This document shows, one piece after another, positions 14,139-25,621 of a stretch of 64,000 nucleotides of DNA. Every line of letters begins with the position of its first letter. Position 1 is the stretch's first letter. Below the pieces are notes generated by a model. The model had not been told where the DNA came from and made no database searches. It saw only the letters and a program-made list of their open reading frames with translations. A program made the translations under genes and the position numbers. The stretch comes from Nageia nagi (Eukaryota; Plantae; Pinophyta), in contig JBITNC010000001.1 of assembly GCA_050084985.1 (NCBI GenBank), positions 93,000,001 to 93,064,000 on the forward strand, read 5' to 3'.

Positions 14139-15096
14139 CATCAATCATTCTCAAAAGGTTCGTTATTTTGTCTCTTCGTTTTCATACCTTTTTTTTCATT
14201 CTCCTTTAGATAAGGATATTACTAAGCCACACAAAATGTATCACCACTCCTTTTCTGACATTTGCCCTCTAAACAAGCATAAAAAGTCAAAACTCTATAA
14301 ATTTCTATAATACAAAGCTGATAAGAAGAAACTTATCATTTAAAAAACAAAACAGTTGGATTCCTTGTAATTAGATTACAGATAAAGTTCAAAACAGCAA
14401 ATTATAAAAACTTCAATTCATAAATAAATAATCAATCATTTCCAATCAGTTGGATTCGTCTCCAGATCTAAAAATTCTAATCTTTTGATGCTCATATCAC
14501 ATTCTGGTGACTTTATCCATAATATGCATTTCCTGCTTTATCATGTTGCCTGGTCCATTGCCTATGCTAAATAAATGCATGCTCTCAATTAGCTTTAGAT
14601 TCCCACGAGTTCCCTTTTCTCATACAATTAATTTGCTTTTTCTCTGTTCCATATTTTGTAAAGGAAAAGTAAACTCAGAACTTTCATATGCTTTTCTTCT
14701 CATTCACTCTAGCAGCTTTCAGATTCACAATCCCAATTTGATTTCAAGACACAGATGCAGAGCATGGAACATACTAAAGTTTAAACACACCACACACAAT
14801 TCATATAAATATTATGTAAAACAAACACACACATAGATGTAAGACAAACAAACCACAGCATAGGCGTTGCCTTCTGCTTGCTTGGAGCTCAACGAACTCT
14901 CTCTGTAGCACTCTGCTATTTGCTCGGAGCTCAACAAACCACAGAATGCACAACACATTTAGCCTTAACACTAACAAAAGTTGCTTGCTTGAGATGCCCT
15001 CCATGATAAGTACCAGGCATCAGTCAATATATAGCAAGCTCTTTATTCTAGTACTGTAATAGTAGTAGACTAATGTAATGGAGCCTGTGTTTGTGC

Positions 15097-16281
15097 TTAC
15101 CATTTATGGGCAAACACACCAATGTTACGCAGGATGCGAAGCAATTGCATACAGTCAGCATCCAGGTAGCTCTGATTGCACACCACAAAGATTTCATCTA
15201 CGAGACACATGGCTCCACTCTCGATCATTCCCCTGACATGCTCACAACCCACCTTTACCACAACAAAATCCTCATTACGGATGTTCTCTCTTGTCCAAAC
15301 CCCAAGCTCGAACCCTTGACCTCTGCCCCGCTTCATAGCAGCGGCTGGCACAACACTAACAGTGCTAAGATTAGCAAATGCATTATGAATCATGTTATCA
15401 AGGTCTACAATATGGACATGGAATGTCTCGTTCTGCTTCGGATAAGTCCCCAAGAACCAACTTTTGACGCTGTTGAAAGTGTCGTTGGACCCGACCTCGA
15501 CATACACACGGCGGTTGCGCACTCTGATATCGACCAAGTTTGAGAGGTAGACAACGGTAGTGTGATTGTGGGTTTGGGGTTCGGCGAGGTTTAAGACGCT
15601 CCTGTTGTATTTCCCGCAGGGATTTGCGAATTCAAGACCAGATGCTCGTTTGCGGAGGGTTATCACAGAGGAGTTACCCGCGCTGGTGACATAAGCTACG
15701 CCGGCGTTTCTGAAAAGGGCGGCAATGGGGCTCAGAGAATGTATAGGATTCGAGTCCTGTCCCAGCCGCCTTGGTGAGACAACTACAATTGCGACCCCGC
15801 CGGGTTTCAGCGTGCGTTCGATCTCCAGCGCAAGCAGCGCCGGTGCCCGGGCTCGATCCAGCGACCACCCGGAGTAAACAAAGTCGAAAGACGAATCTGC
15901 GAAGGGGAAACGATGCAGGTCGCAATGGCGGTCGACTACGGCGCCCGGTAAGCCCTTCGAACGCAGAACGAGGGCAGAGATGGCCGCACCGGCGCCCACG
16001 CAGAGACCCTTAAGGCCTGGACGGAGGAGACCGTGGCTTATCAGATCCAAATACATGTCTGCAAAAAATTCCAAATCGCGCTTCATCGGGGATTTGATCC
16101 GTCCAATTCCGGGGCCGAACAAGGGTTTGAAATCCTCCGTAAGGTCGCATGAGACGGCGTCTTGGACAATGTAGAGAGTTGGCATTACACCCAGCAGCAT
16201 TGCGAAGAATACGCTGCGCATCATGAGGCGCTGGCCTACGGCGCCCCATATGAGCTCCAGCTTCAGCAGATTCGCGCCCAT
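15097..16281 (-). CDS. SAM-dependent methyltransferase, Methyltransf_11 domain, At5g01710/At5g03190/At3g53400-like, 394 aa, with N-terminal membrane anchor
   Basis: Uninterrupted GC-rich ORF. ATG at 16281 in good context (gccATGG); the track start is an upstream GTG. Motifs LCVGAG, FPFADSSFDFVYS, LEIERTLKPGG, EDFVVVK, CLVDEIF and C-terminal LRNIGVFAHKW. Confidence 0.9.
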   Translation of the reverse strand: MGANLLKLELIWGAVGQRLMMRSVFFAMLLGVMPTLYIVQDAVSCDLTEDFKPLFGPGIGRIKSPMKRDLEFFADMYLDLISHGLLRPGLKGLCVGAGAAISALVLRSKGLPGAVVDRHCDLHRFPFADSSFDFVYSGWSLDRARAPALLALEIERTLKPGGVAIVVVSPRRLGQDSNPIHSLSPIAALFRNAGVAYVTSAGNSSVITLRKRASGLEFANPCGKYNRSVLNLAEPQTHNHTTVVYLSNLVDIRVRNRRVYVEVGSNDTFNSVKSWFLGTYPKQNETFHVHIVDLDNMIHNAFANLSTVSVVPAAAMKRGRGQGFELGVWTRENIRNEDFVVVKVGCEHVRGMIESGAMCLVDEIFVVCNQSYLDADCMQLLRILRNIGVFAHKW

Positions 16282-16491
16282 GGCGCCCTTGATGTAACAG
16301 TGGGGCACTCTTCACTGAGAAATAACAACTAAAAACCCCAAGGATTCCACGCAAAACAGAGCAGCCCAGCCCAGCCCAGACGTTGGCTGAGAACTCTGCT
16401 GTGGAGTTGTTGTGCGGATTTTTGCTGAATGAGATCAAGCAAAAATGGATAGAGAAAAAGATTTACCAGCAAGACAACTGAAAACTAGTGT

Positions 16492-16614
16492 TTATCGGCT
16501 GCAAAATCTGGCGGCTGTATGGTTTCCACCCACGAGGAGTCTGATCGTGTTTTGTGATCCAAACAGAAGTAGCTGCAGATGTTTGGGAGGCGCTCCCACA
16601 CGATTTCCCATCAT
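16492..16614 (-). CDS. Conserved-peptide uORF, HG17 (CPuORF46-48)-like, 40 aa: MMGNRVGAPPKHLQLLLFGSQNTIRLLVGGNHTAARFCSR
   Basis: Hand-translated ATG..TAA between the TATA box and the main ATG. Arabidopsis homologues of this methyltransferase carry CPuORFs; the NTIRL..GG...AARF C-terminus matches my recollection of that family. Confidence 0.8.
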   Translation of the reverse strand: MMGNRVGAPPKHLQLLLFGSQNTIRLLVGGNHTAARFCSR

Positions 16615-16623
16615 TTTCGTTAC

Positions 16624-16665
16624 TCAAGGATTCATCAGATTCGGCTCTCAGAAACCTATTTCCAT
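16624..16665 (-). promoter_or_regulatory. Two micro-uORFs (MEIGF* 16665-16648; MNP* 16635-16624) in frame with the 40-aa uORF
   Basis: Hand translation of the minus strand. Confidence 0.6.
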
Positions 16666-16763
16666 TCTAAAAGCTCCACTTTTTTTCGGCCAGGGACGCA
16701 GCGTTCCTGCTAATCGTTCACAAAACGATGAACACCGCGCTTCTCAAGCCAAAATCCGTTTGC

Positions 16764-16770
16764 TTATATA
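16764..16770 (-). promoter_or_regulatory. TATA box of the methyltransferase gene
   Basis: TATATAA on the minus strand in GC-rich context, ~100 nt upstream of the first uATG. Confidence 0.7.
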
Positions 16771-16825
16771 GCCGGAAACACAGTATTCGGTCTGGATGTG
16801 TCTCTAACATCCGTTACAGCAACTA

Positions 16826-17213
16826 TTAGGGTTTAACACTGAGGGCATTTAACTGTAACCGCGTACAGATAAACGAAACTTTGTTTGTTAATAATTGTGG
16901 CACGCTCTTCGAGGTTGTTTTATGATGAAAGGGATAGCGAAGCATCTTGGACATGTGTCGTCACAACTGAAGCAAAAGAAAAAGACAGCCTGGATAATGT
17001 CCACGTGCAGTAGCTTTCCGAGCTGGCAGAACTGCGGCCACTGAATGGCTGATTCCGATCCGTACGAAAACATGGGTGTCGGCGCTGGAAAGCCGTTGGA
17101 TCATGGATGGCTTTTATTATTATTTTAAAGGGGAGGGTCCTGCGTAAGGATGCGCTTCCGATACGCGCTGTCGGATGTCAAATTTATATTCAATTAAAGT
17201 TATTCGGGGCCCA
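16826..17213. promoter_or_regulatory. Promoter motifs: telo-box (16826-16834), G-box CACGTG (17002-17007), site II-like GGCCCA (17208-17213)
   Basis: Exact short motif matches within the CpG-rich upstream region; function untested. Confidence 0.4.
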
Positions 17214-17504
17214 GACTAAGTGGACCCCATTACCATGTGCCCTATGTGAAAAAGCTGCTTCCCACCATGCTTGGCGTTGTACTTAAGGCAGAAGATTTTA
17301 GTTGCATCTGCCATCTTTATTCTTTGTTTATGTCTTAAAATCGACCAAATCAATTCTATGATGGTGGTAATTTTTTTTAATTTGAAACAAGGAGAGCATA
17401 TATTTTTTACCAACTTCATTTATGATTGAGGTGGGAATTTTTTTTAATTTGAATTGAGGATTCAATAAGTAACATAAATGGCAGTTGTATCTTTAAATGT
17501 ATTT

Positions 17505-17934
17505 TCTAGGAGTAAAGATAACTGTTGCAATCTTTGTCATCATTCAATGCCATTAAGAAGGTATGGATAATTTAAGATAGTTTTTCATTGAATGTTGTGG
17601 TTATGATTGTCTTGATGTATGCAAAATGTAGAAGAATACACAAGGTTCGAGAATTATTTGATAAGGTGCATGATATAGACACAATTTCATGGAATGCAGT
17701 AATTGTTAGATATGCATGAAATGGGTTTTCTCATAACAATCGTAAGACTATTATGCAAATGCAACCATCAGACTAAAGCAAGACTCTACAACTTTTGCTA
17801 ACATTCTTCTAGCATGTGCCACATAGGAGCTCTAGAAGAAGGTATCGACATCCATCCAAGAGTAGTTGAAAATGGTTTTTCATTTAATGTTGTGGTTGTG
17901 ATTGCTCGTGGTTGTGATTGCCCTAATAGCCATG
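17505..17934 (+). pseudogene. PLS-class pentatricopeptide repeat (PPR) gene fragment
   Basis: MYAKCRRIHKVRELFDKVHDIDTISWNAVIVRYA*NG, DSTTFANILLACA and GALEEGIDIH..VVENGF..NVVV, with stops and frameshifts; cut off by an LTR at 17935. Confidence 0.85.
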
Positions 17935-20195
17935 TGTAGTTACATAAAAGTAATTTATATAATTACTTATAATCATTAAATATTTATTATCACATTATTG
18001 TTGGAAGTTGAGCTTGATCAAACTCGAACATGACTAGAAGATCCAACCTCAAAACTAGTTGTTTTCACTCCTTGTCCAGAAACACAACCTTGATCACATT
18101 TCATCAATGCTAAATGTAGACCCAATCGCATTCCAGACCAAATGTAATCATATTTTTGCAGTGTTATTTTTGGGTATTACACTTCGCCCAATTTTATATC
18201 TTTTTTATATTTTGTTTGTTTTTTCTTCAATTATTTCACATTACAGTTGTTATGTTCTCTCTGGGATGTTGTGTATTTAATTATTAGCTTGCTCATGTAA
18301 TTAGGTTGGATTTTGGACTAGCTTGGTTTGTTGGTGTGTAGCTTGGTGTGAGAGACTAAGTGAAATGTGGTGTGTTAGATCTAGGTTCTAGCTAAACTCC
18401 ATTTAAGATTGTATATTTTGATTCTACTATTTATATAAATAGTTCCATTATGAGTTTACTCCATTGTTGATTCAAATTTATAAATTTGGATTTCCTCCAT
18501 TGTTAAATATTGATGAATGTATGTATATTGAAATTTATTGAATCTATTTAGATTCTTCATCTAGTACCAGAGCCATGATTATTTTGATTTGATGGGTTTG
18601 AGAAAGCTTGGTAGATTGGAGAGTTAGAGTAAACATGTGGGGAGCTTGAAAATAATTTTATAAAATAATTTTCTGGTTGATTTCTGATCGAGTTTCTTGT
18701 TGCTCTAATGTAATGGCTATCAACACTAACTTCTTACCACTACTAGAATTTGATGGGAAGCATTTTGATTTTTGGAGCATAAAAATGGAGACATTGTTGA
18801 TGGGTAAAGGCCTATAGGAAATTGTTGAAGATGGGTATTTTGAATTGGAAGATTGAAGCTCTTTTGAAGGAGAGGAAAAAATATTGAAGTAAAATGAACA
18901 ATATCAAAATTGTTTGGCTCTTCTAAATATTAGAAAAAGCATGAAGAAGAATATTTTACCACTTCTTGTAGGTTATAGGACAACTTGGGAAGTATGAAAA
19001 ATATTGCAAGTTTTTTTTAGGGGTGATAAAATCCCTCAAGAAAATGTTTATTTTGTGATCAAGAGAGAAAATTGTTGTTCCATATTTGAGAAAAATGTTG
19101 GAAAAGAAGAAGAAGCCATTTGTTGTTTTGGATTGTATTGTTGGAGCACTTGGAGAGTGCATTAATGAAGATTGTCTCATGGAGGAGGCATAAAATTTTA
19201 TTCTGTAATTTTCTGTTGATACTTATCTTAACAATTCTCATGTTACTTGTGAAAATGATGTTTGTGATGAAGGTGCAATTGTTAAAGACTCTCTTCAAAG
19301 AGAGAGTGCTTATGTTGGAGTTCCTCCAAAGGGGAAGAATAAAGTTGTGTGATGGATTGCTAGCTTGAAGACCACTCATATGGAGTGGAGATGAGTCTTA
19401 AAAATACTATTCTGAAATTTGAAATTGCAACTATACATTAGTTTGAAGATTTTTCAAAACAAGTAAAATTATTTTTGAAAAGGTTTACCTAGAATTTGTG
19501 CACATGCATGGAGGAGAGTTGGAGTGAAGACCATTCATCAAGAATGGGATATAATTATTTTGAAAAGGTTGATTTTAATGTTGAAGAAGCAATGATCATG
19601 AAAGAGTGTTGTGTTGATGATGAAATGGAAGATGATTATTTTATAAAATAATATTTGCATATTAAAGAAGAATCACTCATAATGGATTGTTTATTTGAAG
19701 ATCATGGAATGGTTATGTATTTTGCAAAATCAGATTTTGAAGATGTTCTTATTGAGAATACCATGGTTGATCCATTATGGAATTCTTGCCCAGATTTTGT
19801 TGATGAAAATGAGGTTAAATTCATTTGCAATATTCTTGATTTTTTACTTGAGAAAGAAAAGAGTAAAGATTATTTTATTAAAGAGGCATCCATTTATGAT
19901 ATTCATGTTGTAACAACAATAGGGACTGATTTTTTGAAGATTGAAAATTATTTTGTGGAGCAATAAATTTATTTTGAAAAGGCAATAAACATTGGATTTT
20001 TTAGAACTAAAAAATTATTTTATAGAAATAATATGTGGATCAGTCGTCAATAAAAATTATTGTGAAGGTGTAGCAAATAGTGACACACCTTTCCTTGTTA
20101 AAAAGGAATAATTAATGAAGAGGTATTATATGAAGAGAAACTAATTAGAGCACTTTCTTATGTGAAGAAGGAGAATGTTGTTGATGAAAGAATCA
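17935..20195 (+). mobile_element. Copia derivative: 5' LTR (17935-~18559), decayed tRNA-iMet PBS (18562-18574), gag N-terminus, then degenerate sequence
   Basis: tagtaccagagcc resembles TGGTATCAGAGCC; FDGKHFDFWSIKMETLLMGKGL*EIVEDGY is a Copia gag N-terminal motif. Confidence 0.75.
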
Positions 20196-20199
20196 AGCC

Positions 20200-21785
20200 T
20201 AGATGACTAAATTCCTAATTACCCAAGATCTCTTGAAAGCTCTCTCAAATTCCTTAAGCATTAAGAACATAAAATCAAAGATAACATTCACACAAGATGT
20301 CATAAATATAAAGTGGTTCCTCTAACCATGGGAGTACATTCACTAATCTAAGATCTTATTCTCAAATAGCACTATTTTTTTTATTAATGGGTTAATTTTG
20401 TATTAATAAAAAAATCATGAAGTTTATAAGGGACTTCACCAACCTTTACATTAGGAAAAATCTAAGCAACTGATTTTACAAGATACTCCAAATTGTTGCA
20501 TTATGTCAAATGATAGCAAAAGAGGAGAATCTATATGCTATTGTCCAACATAGCCTGATCGCTAACCCTATTTAAAGCCCAAACTAACTTATGTGCCCAT
20601 TTATATCCTAAATAATAATTAGATACAAAGGTAAAAGTTTGACTTCTATGATTATCCCACTCACTAGTCGATATTAGTAATAATTTGAGATTCAAAACAA
20701 CTTTTGTTGCCTAGTTCCTCCTCATTTTTCATGCGCAAAGAATGGGTCTAGTTCTAGTTTGGAGATTTTGCAACTTCCTGCTGCTTCTATATGGATTATG
20801 GATGTTGTCTTAGAATGACTCCTGCATCTAATGTTAAGCTTGATCCTGTTCTCTAAAGGTGTTCCATACAATTTTTTCTTCCTTTCCTTGGAGTCTACCT
20901 TGCTCCCATATGGTGATTACTCCTTCATTTGAGAAGAATCCTTAGATTTTGGTAACCCTTTGCCAAGGTGTTCCTCTTTTCCAAATAGTTTTGATGGTTT
21001 TTTATCTTTTAATTACTTCTTATTCTGCTGGGACTCAACTCCAACTGCTTCATCCTCCTCTTTGATGTCCTCTTCTATGGTGCATTGGAAATTTGGGCTC
21101 GAAGAGCACTCTCTTACAACAACCCTTTCTCCCTTCCCCTACAACCTAAACAAGAGCATAACTTTGCTTCAAACTTGAGTGAGTAATCTCAAGGAGAAGG
21201 CCTTCTATTTATAGGTCAAAATCATCCCTTGGATCACCCTTTTAACCATTGTACAATATCATGATATGCATTACCCTTTTACCCAAAGGGCATGCTCATG
21301 AGATGGAGTGAAGGACAAGTTACATTATCATATTCATGAATACTTAAAAGGTATCTAGGGATGCTTTTAAGTATTAGTGAATTTACATTATCATATTCAC
21401 TAAATACTTAAGGTATCTAAGTATACCCTTAAGTATTAAGTGAATTTACATTAAGAGACCTTCCAATAATCAATTATACATTCCAACATTCCCCCTTAAT
21501 GCAATATTGGGATAGAGTGAAGAAGGAGAGAAGAAGAAAAGAGTAAAAGAGAGTTCTCCTCTATAAAGATACAATTGGAGATGAGAACATTTACATCTTT
21601 GAGAAATAAGCAAGATCTTAGATTAAAACTCACTAATTTACAATACAAACATTAACCACAATTGATTTCACTGTGCAAAGTAGTCATTCAACAACAAGTT
21701 GACATCATGAGTCTCCACTACTATAATTTAGTGATTTTGCATCATACCACATGTAAAATAATTACATTTTGATGCAAGACACATC
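20200..21785 (-). mobile_element. Copia-like 3' LTR (~20200-21488, interrupted), PPT (21489-21498) and 3' internal region; same family as 4230-5075
   Basis: aacattcccccttaat is the reverse complement of PPT+TG; homologous to 4300-5060. Confidence 0.7.
20374..21104 (-). mobile_element. 5'-truncated retroposed insert (probable L1-type LINE 3' end) inside the LTR
   Basis: AGCACT direct repeats at 20368-20373 and 21105-21110; T-run at 20375-20382; decayed W....IKLNI(D)A RNase H-like motif. Confidence 0.55.
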
Positions 21786-24700
21786 TGTTGACATCTAAAA
21801 GTGGTCCCCTTAACATGGTCTCACTTAGGTACAACATTACATACATATTTTATCACACTTTATTACATTCTAATCATATTTTACCTTATTATCAAATATT
21901 TCTCAAGTTATGTTCTTATTTTTATGTTAGGTACACCAAGACAGATTCAACCTTCACACAAAGGATCAAATGGTGATATCATGCCTAATATAAATATAAG
22001 TATCTCTAACCTAGGGAAAGCATGTCAAGATTACATCTTGATAGCCAATACCCTACACTTGGGTGTTTCTAAATGTTGCCTATTGAGATTAGAATCTTGT
22101 TATCACTCAAGCGAATATCTATCAACCATCTTTGTGATCATATGCTTGGTTTAACTTGTTGACATATTTGTTGTTATCGATCCTTGTTGATGAACCTCAT
22201 TCCTTTGGAACGCTAACACCCATGCTGAGCTCTTGGAACCTAATATCAACATTGAGATCCTTTTTGCTATTAGTCATGGGGCTTGCACATCAAAGTCACC
22301 TTTCTTTGACAAGTTTATCTTACATAGATTCAGCTTCGACACAAGTAAGGAGACATAGGTATTTATCTTATACTTGATTCCATCTCTTTAGTATGTGCAT
22401 TTTATTTGTATCTTAATATCGATATATTTCATAGTTCTGTTATTACACTACTATATTCATCATTCTCTATTATTCATGTACATTTATTTGAGTTAAATAG
22501 CTTAGATATTGCATACTTAAATATTTATGTTTATTTAGTTCATTTAGGCTAAAACCCTAGTTGTACCTAAAACATATATCAACATATTGGTGCCCAATAG
22601 TTTATAACATTTTATTTCTCTTAATTAGGGTTAGAATAAAAGGTGCTCTCTAACTTAGCTATATCTTTACATCAAGAACCCTAGGGTTCTAATTGGTTAC
22701 ATTTGATCAAAGATTTTGTGAGTGTCACAAAAATGGCAAACATTGCTCTTGAAATCATAACCAAATTAATGGCAATGCTTGAATTTCAAGCTTTTATATG
22801 AATGCATTTGCAACCATAATTCAAATTGGCAATCAATCTAGCACAAATGCACATGTCAACTTAAATGCCACCATCAACACCAATGCTAACAGTAGCATGA
22901 ATGCTAGTAATAATGCATCAAATTTAGAAAATATATACAACAAAGTAGATTAGATAGATTGAATGCAAGGTTGATAAGCTTGGGAATAAATTCTAAATTG
23001 GTACATATCAGAAAAAGAACAAAGGTAATCCTTTAAGCATGGAGATTCGTAATACACTCATTGTCAATACAAATAAGGATCATGAATTTGAAAAATTTAA
23101 TAGTGAAACTGATCTTATCATACATATTCAAGGTTTTGAGTATATTATGGAACTTAAATGTGGGGTTAATGATAATTTGAAAGCAAAATATTTCCCTATG
23201 AGTTTAATTGGTGAAGCTTGTAGGTGGTTTCATAGTTTGGAACTAGGTTCTATATCATTATATCAACAATTGAAGGATTAGTTCATGGCTCATTTCATAT
23301 GCAATGTAAGTTGGTCTAACAGATTTGATATATTGCAAGCAAGGATAAATGGAAATATTGGACACATTTTCCCTTATATTTGTTAATATTTGGTGTTCCA
23401 TTGAACAAAAGGTGGAAGAACACTTCATTGCAAAGGTATTCCTTGATAACATTAATCCTATTCTTGGTGAAAAAGGACTTGAGCATGTTAATGGTTCATT
23501 TTCTTATTTAAAAAGAGGCATTCCTAATACAATCTAATTTAGTCAAGTACATATTCTCCTCTTCCAATAAAGATAGTGGTAGGAAATCTAATGTAGCTTC
23601 AAATGATCATAACTTTTGATCCAACTGTCAGATTGTCTTGAAATTTTGAGGAGAGCTAGATATGGATTTTCATGATTTGATCACCACCTCCTATAGGAGG
23701 CATGCTCCCAAATAAAATAAAAAATTGATCAGCCTAAATACATCATTTAGTGCCCCAAAATTAGCTTTGAGTGTTAGTTTTCAAGATTTTCCAATAAGTA
23801 GACTTTAACATATTTTATTGTATAATTTATTTAGGATAATAAATTGGGTTGCACCTTAGTCCATGTTAACTAGGCTTGTATGCCAAGTTTGGGTAGAATC
23901 CAAGCAAATTTATATTTTTAGGAACTTTCTATCTTTCTATCTTTATAAACTTATTATTTTTAGTAATATCCTGGTTTCTAGGTGGTTGGTTATTTTTTGA
24001 ATTAGAGTTTCCTGCTTTTTATATTACAGTTTGTAATAGACCTGAAAAAGGTTAGTGTAGATTCATAAGAATAAAGAATTTATGTTTGTGAATTTTATTC
24101 TTCCATTGATTTACTTGTGTGTTGTGAGTCGATTTTGGAGATCTATTTTGGTCTCTTGTAGGAATCTACATCAAAACCTTATAATAAAAAGGATGATACT
24201 TTAGTCATTGCAGTTAATGTTTGGAAAGAGGTTTAATTAAATGGATACAAGGAAAGGAATATGGACCTAATAATGAAAAACCTATTTGGTATAGGGATAA
24301 TCAATCTTGTAAACATCATCAAGTTAAAGTGCATAATACAACAAGTTGTTATGTTATGAGGAAGAAATTAAAACACTTATTAGATAGTGGAAATTTCTCA
24401 TATGAAAATGATGTGCTCAAAGTCAAATCTCAAGACCTATCTTTTGTCAACATGGTAAATATGATTATCTATGATAATAATGGTGAACCATTCGAGTTTG
24501 ATGATGAATTTAGTGCAAAGGTAGAATCAAATGTAGAGTTACATTTAGAACAAACATGCAATGCAACAACAAGATCAAAGAAAGGTATTCCTAACAAACA
24601 TGCAATGCTACAAAAGAGGCACATTCTTAATATTCCCTTAATGAAAAGAAGAAATATAAATGCAAAAAGAATATTTTGCAAAATCTAAAGAATACTAATT

Positions 24701-24975
24701 CTAAAATCAATTTGCTTGAGTTATTTGAAACACCTAAAGAGCATAGAATGGTATTATTTGAGCTACTTAGTGGCATTGATGTTGATACTGATATTTCAAC
24801 TAGCTAATTGGTAGGTATGATTGGTTGTTTCAAGAATGCTATAACATTACTGAAGATGAGATTCCTAGTGATGATATCATTGATAAATGCTTGCCAATAC
24901 ACATTTGTGTAAAGATATTAAGTAAGACAATCAAGCATGCATTTATAGATGGTGGTGCAGGTTTAAATATTTGCT
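21786..24975 (+). mobile_element. Tat/Ogre-like Gypsy 5' half: LTR 21786-22584, PBS at 22588, gag, protease (truncated)
   Basis: Termini TGTTGA...TCAACA; tggtgcccaa PBS (tRNA-Lys-like); gag YFPMSLIGEACRWFHSL and CKHHQVKVHNTTSC; protease AFIDGGAGLNIC. Confidence 0.8.
23589..24173. mobile_element. Solo LTR (585 bp) inserted in gag
   Basis: Inverted termini t(g>a)atgtag...ctacatca; TSD aaatc (23584-23588) / aaacc (24174-24178). Confidence 0.75.
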
Positions 24976-25159
24976 TTATTTTTTCAAATTTCAAAAGTTT
25001 TTATTTTGAAATAAATTTTTTTACAAAAGTATTTCAAAAATGACAAAGTTTACACTTTTATAAAAAAAAATTCAAATTTCTAACATTCAAAAATCAAAAT
25101 TTCAAATTTTAAAATGCAAAAGTTCAAATTTTTTTAGAAGACTACATACTTACTACTTC

Positions 25160-25425
25160 ACGAACTCTTTGCATAGGTTTGGCATATACAACCATAAAAT
25201 ACTATATAAGTGGTGTAAAGTTTCAACCTCACAAATGCTTTGCATAGGTTTGATGTATACAATTATCAAATACTATATAAGTGGTTCAAAGTTTCAAATT
25301 CATGAACTCTTTGCATAGGTTTGGTGTATACAATCGTCAAATACTATATAAATTGTTCAAAGTTTCATGTCACTAATAACTTTGCATAGGTTTGGTAGGC
25401 ATAAATACTATATAAGTTGGTTCAA
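25160..25425 (+). repeat. 71-bp tandem repeat, ~4 copies
   Basis: gcataggttt at 25171, 25242, 25313, 25384. Confidence 0.9.
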
Positions 25426-25621
25426 ATTTTACACTTTTTTACTCCATGAACACATTATTTAAGGCTTGAATTATCAAAAAGTACATTCAAATTTTATGTA
25501 TATTTATTCAAAATTTCAAATTATTCTAAATGTTCAAAATGATTGAATAATAAACACATATTTATCTACATATGTTGAACCAAGTCTTTTTTGTAAAAGA
25601 CTTTGTCCAACATGGGTAAAA

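Noticed and set aside
14507-15004. ORFs 14507+ and 14801-
   Set aside because: Lie in the probable 3' UTR/terminator region; no motifs
15090-15102. Possible splice donor (TG|GTAAG) overlapping the stop codon
   Set aside because: The protein already ends at the family-typical HxW terminus; no supporting downstream exon identified; needs RNA-seq
16282-16308. N-terminal extension MPHCYIKGA in the ORF track
   Set aside because: Starts at GTG; the ATG at 16281 has strong plant context
15091-16771. Overlapping ORFs 15091+, 15674-, 15771+, 15980+, 16010-, 16445+
   Set aside because: Shadow ORFs of a GC-rich gene and leader; no recognisable motifs
16795-16862. Short inverted repeats (ggatgt/acatcc; gttacag/ctgtaac) in the promoter
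   Set aside because: 6-7 bp stems are expected by chance
19059-19966. Several 70-106 aa ORFs
   Set aside because: Degenerate internal sequence of a Copia derivative; no domain recognised
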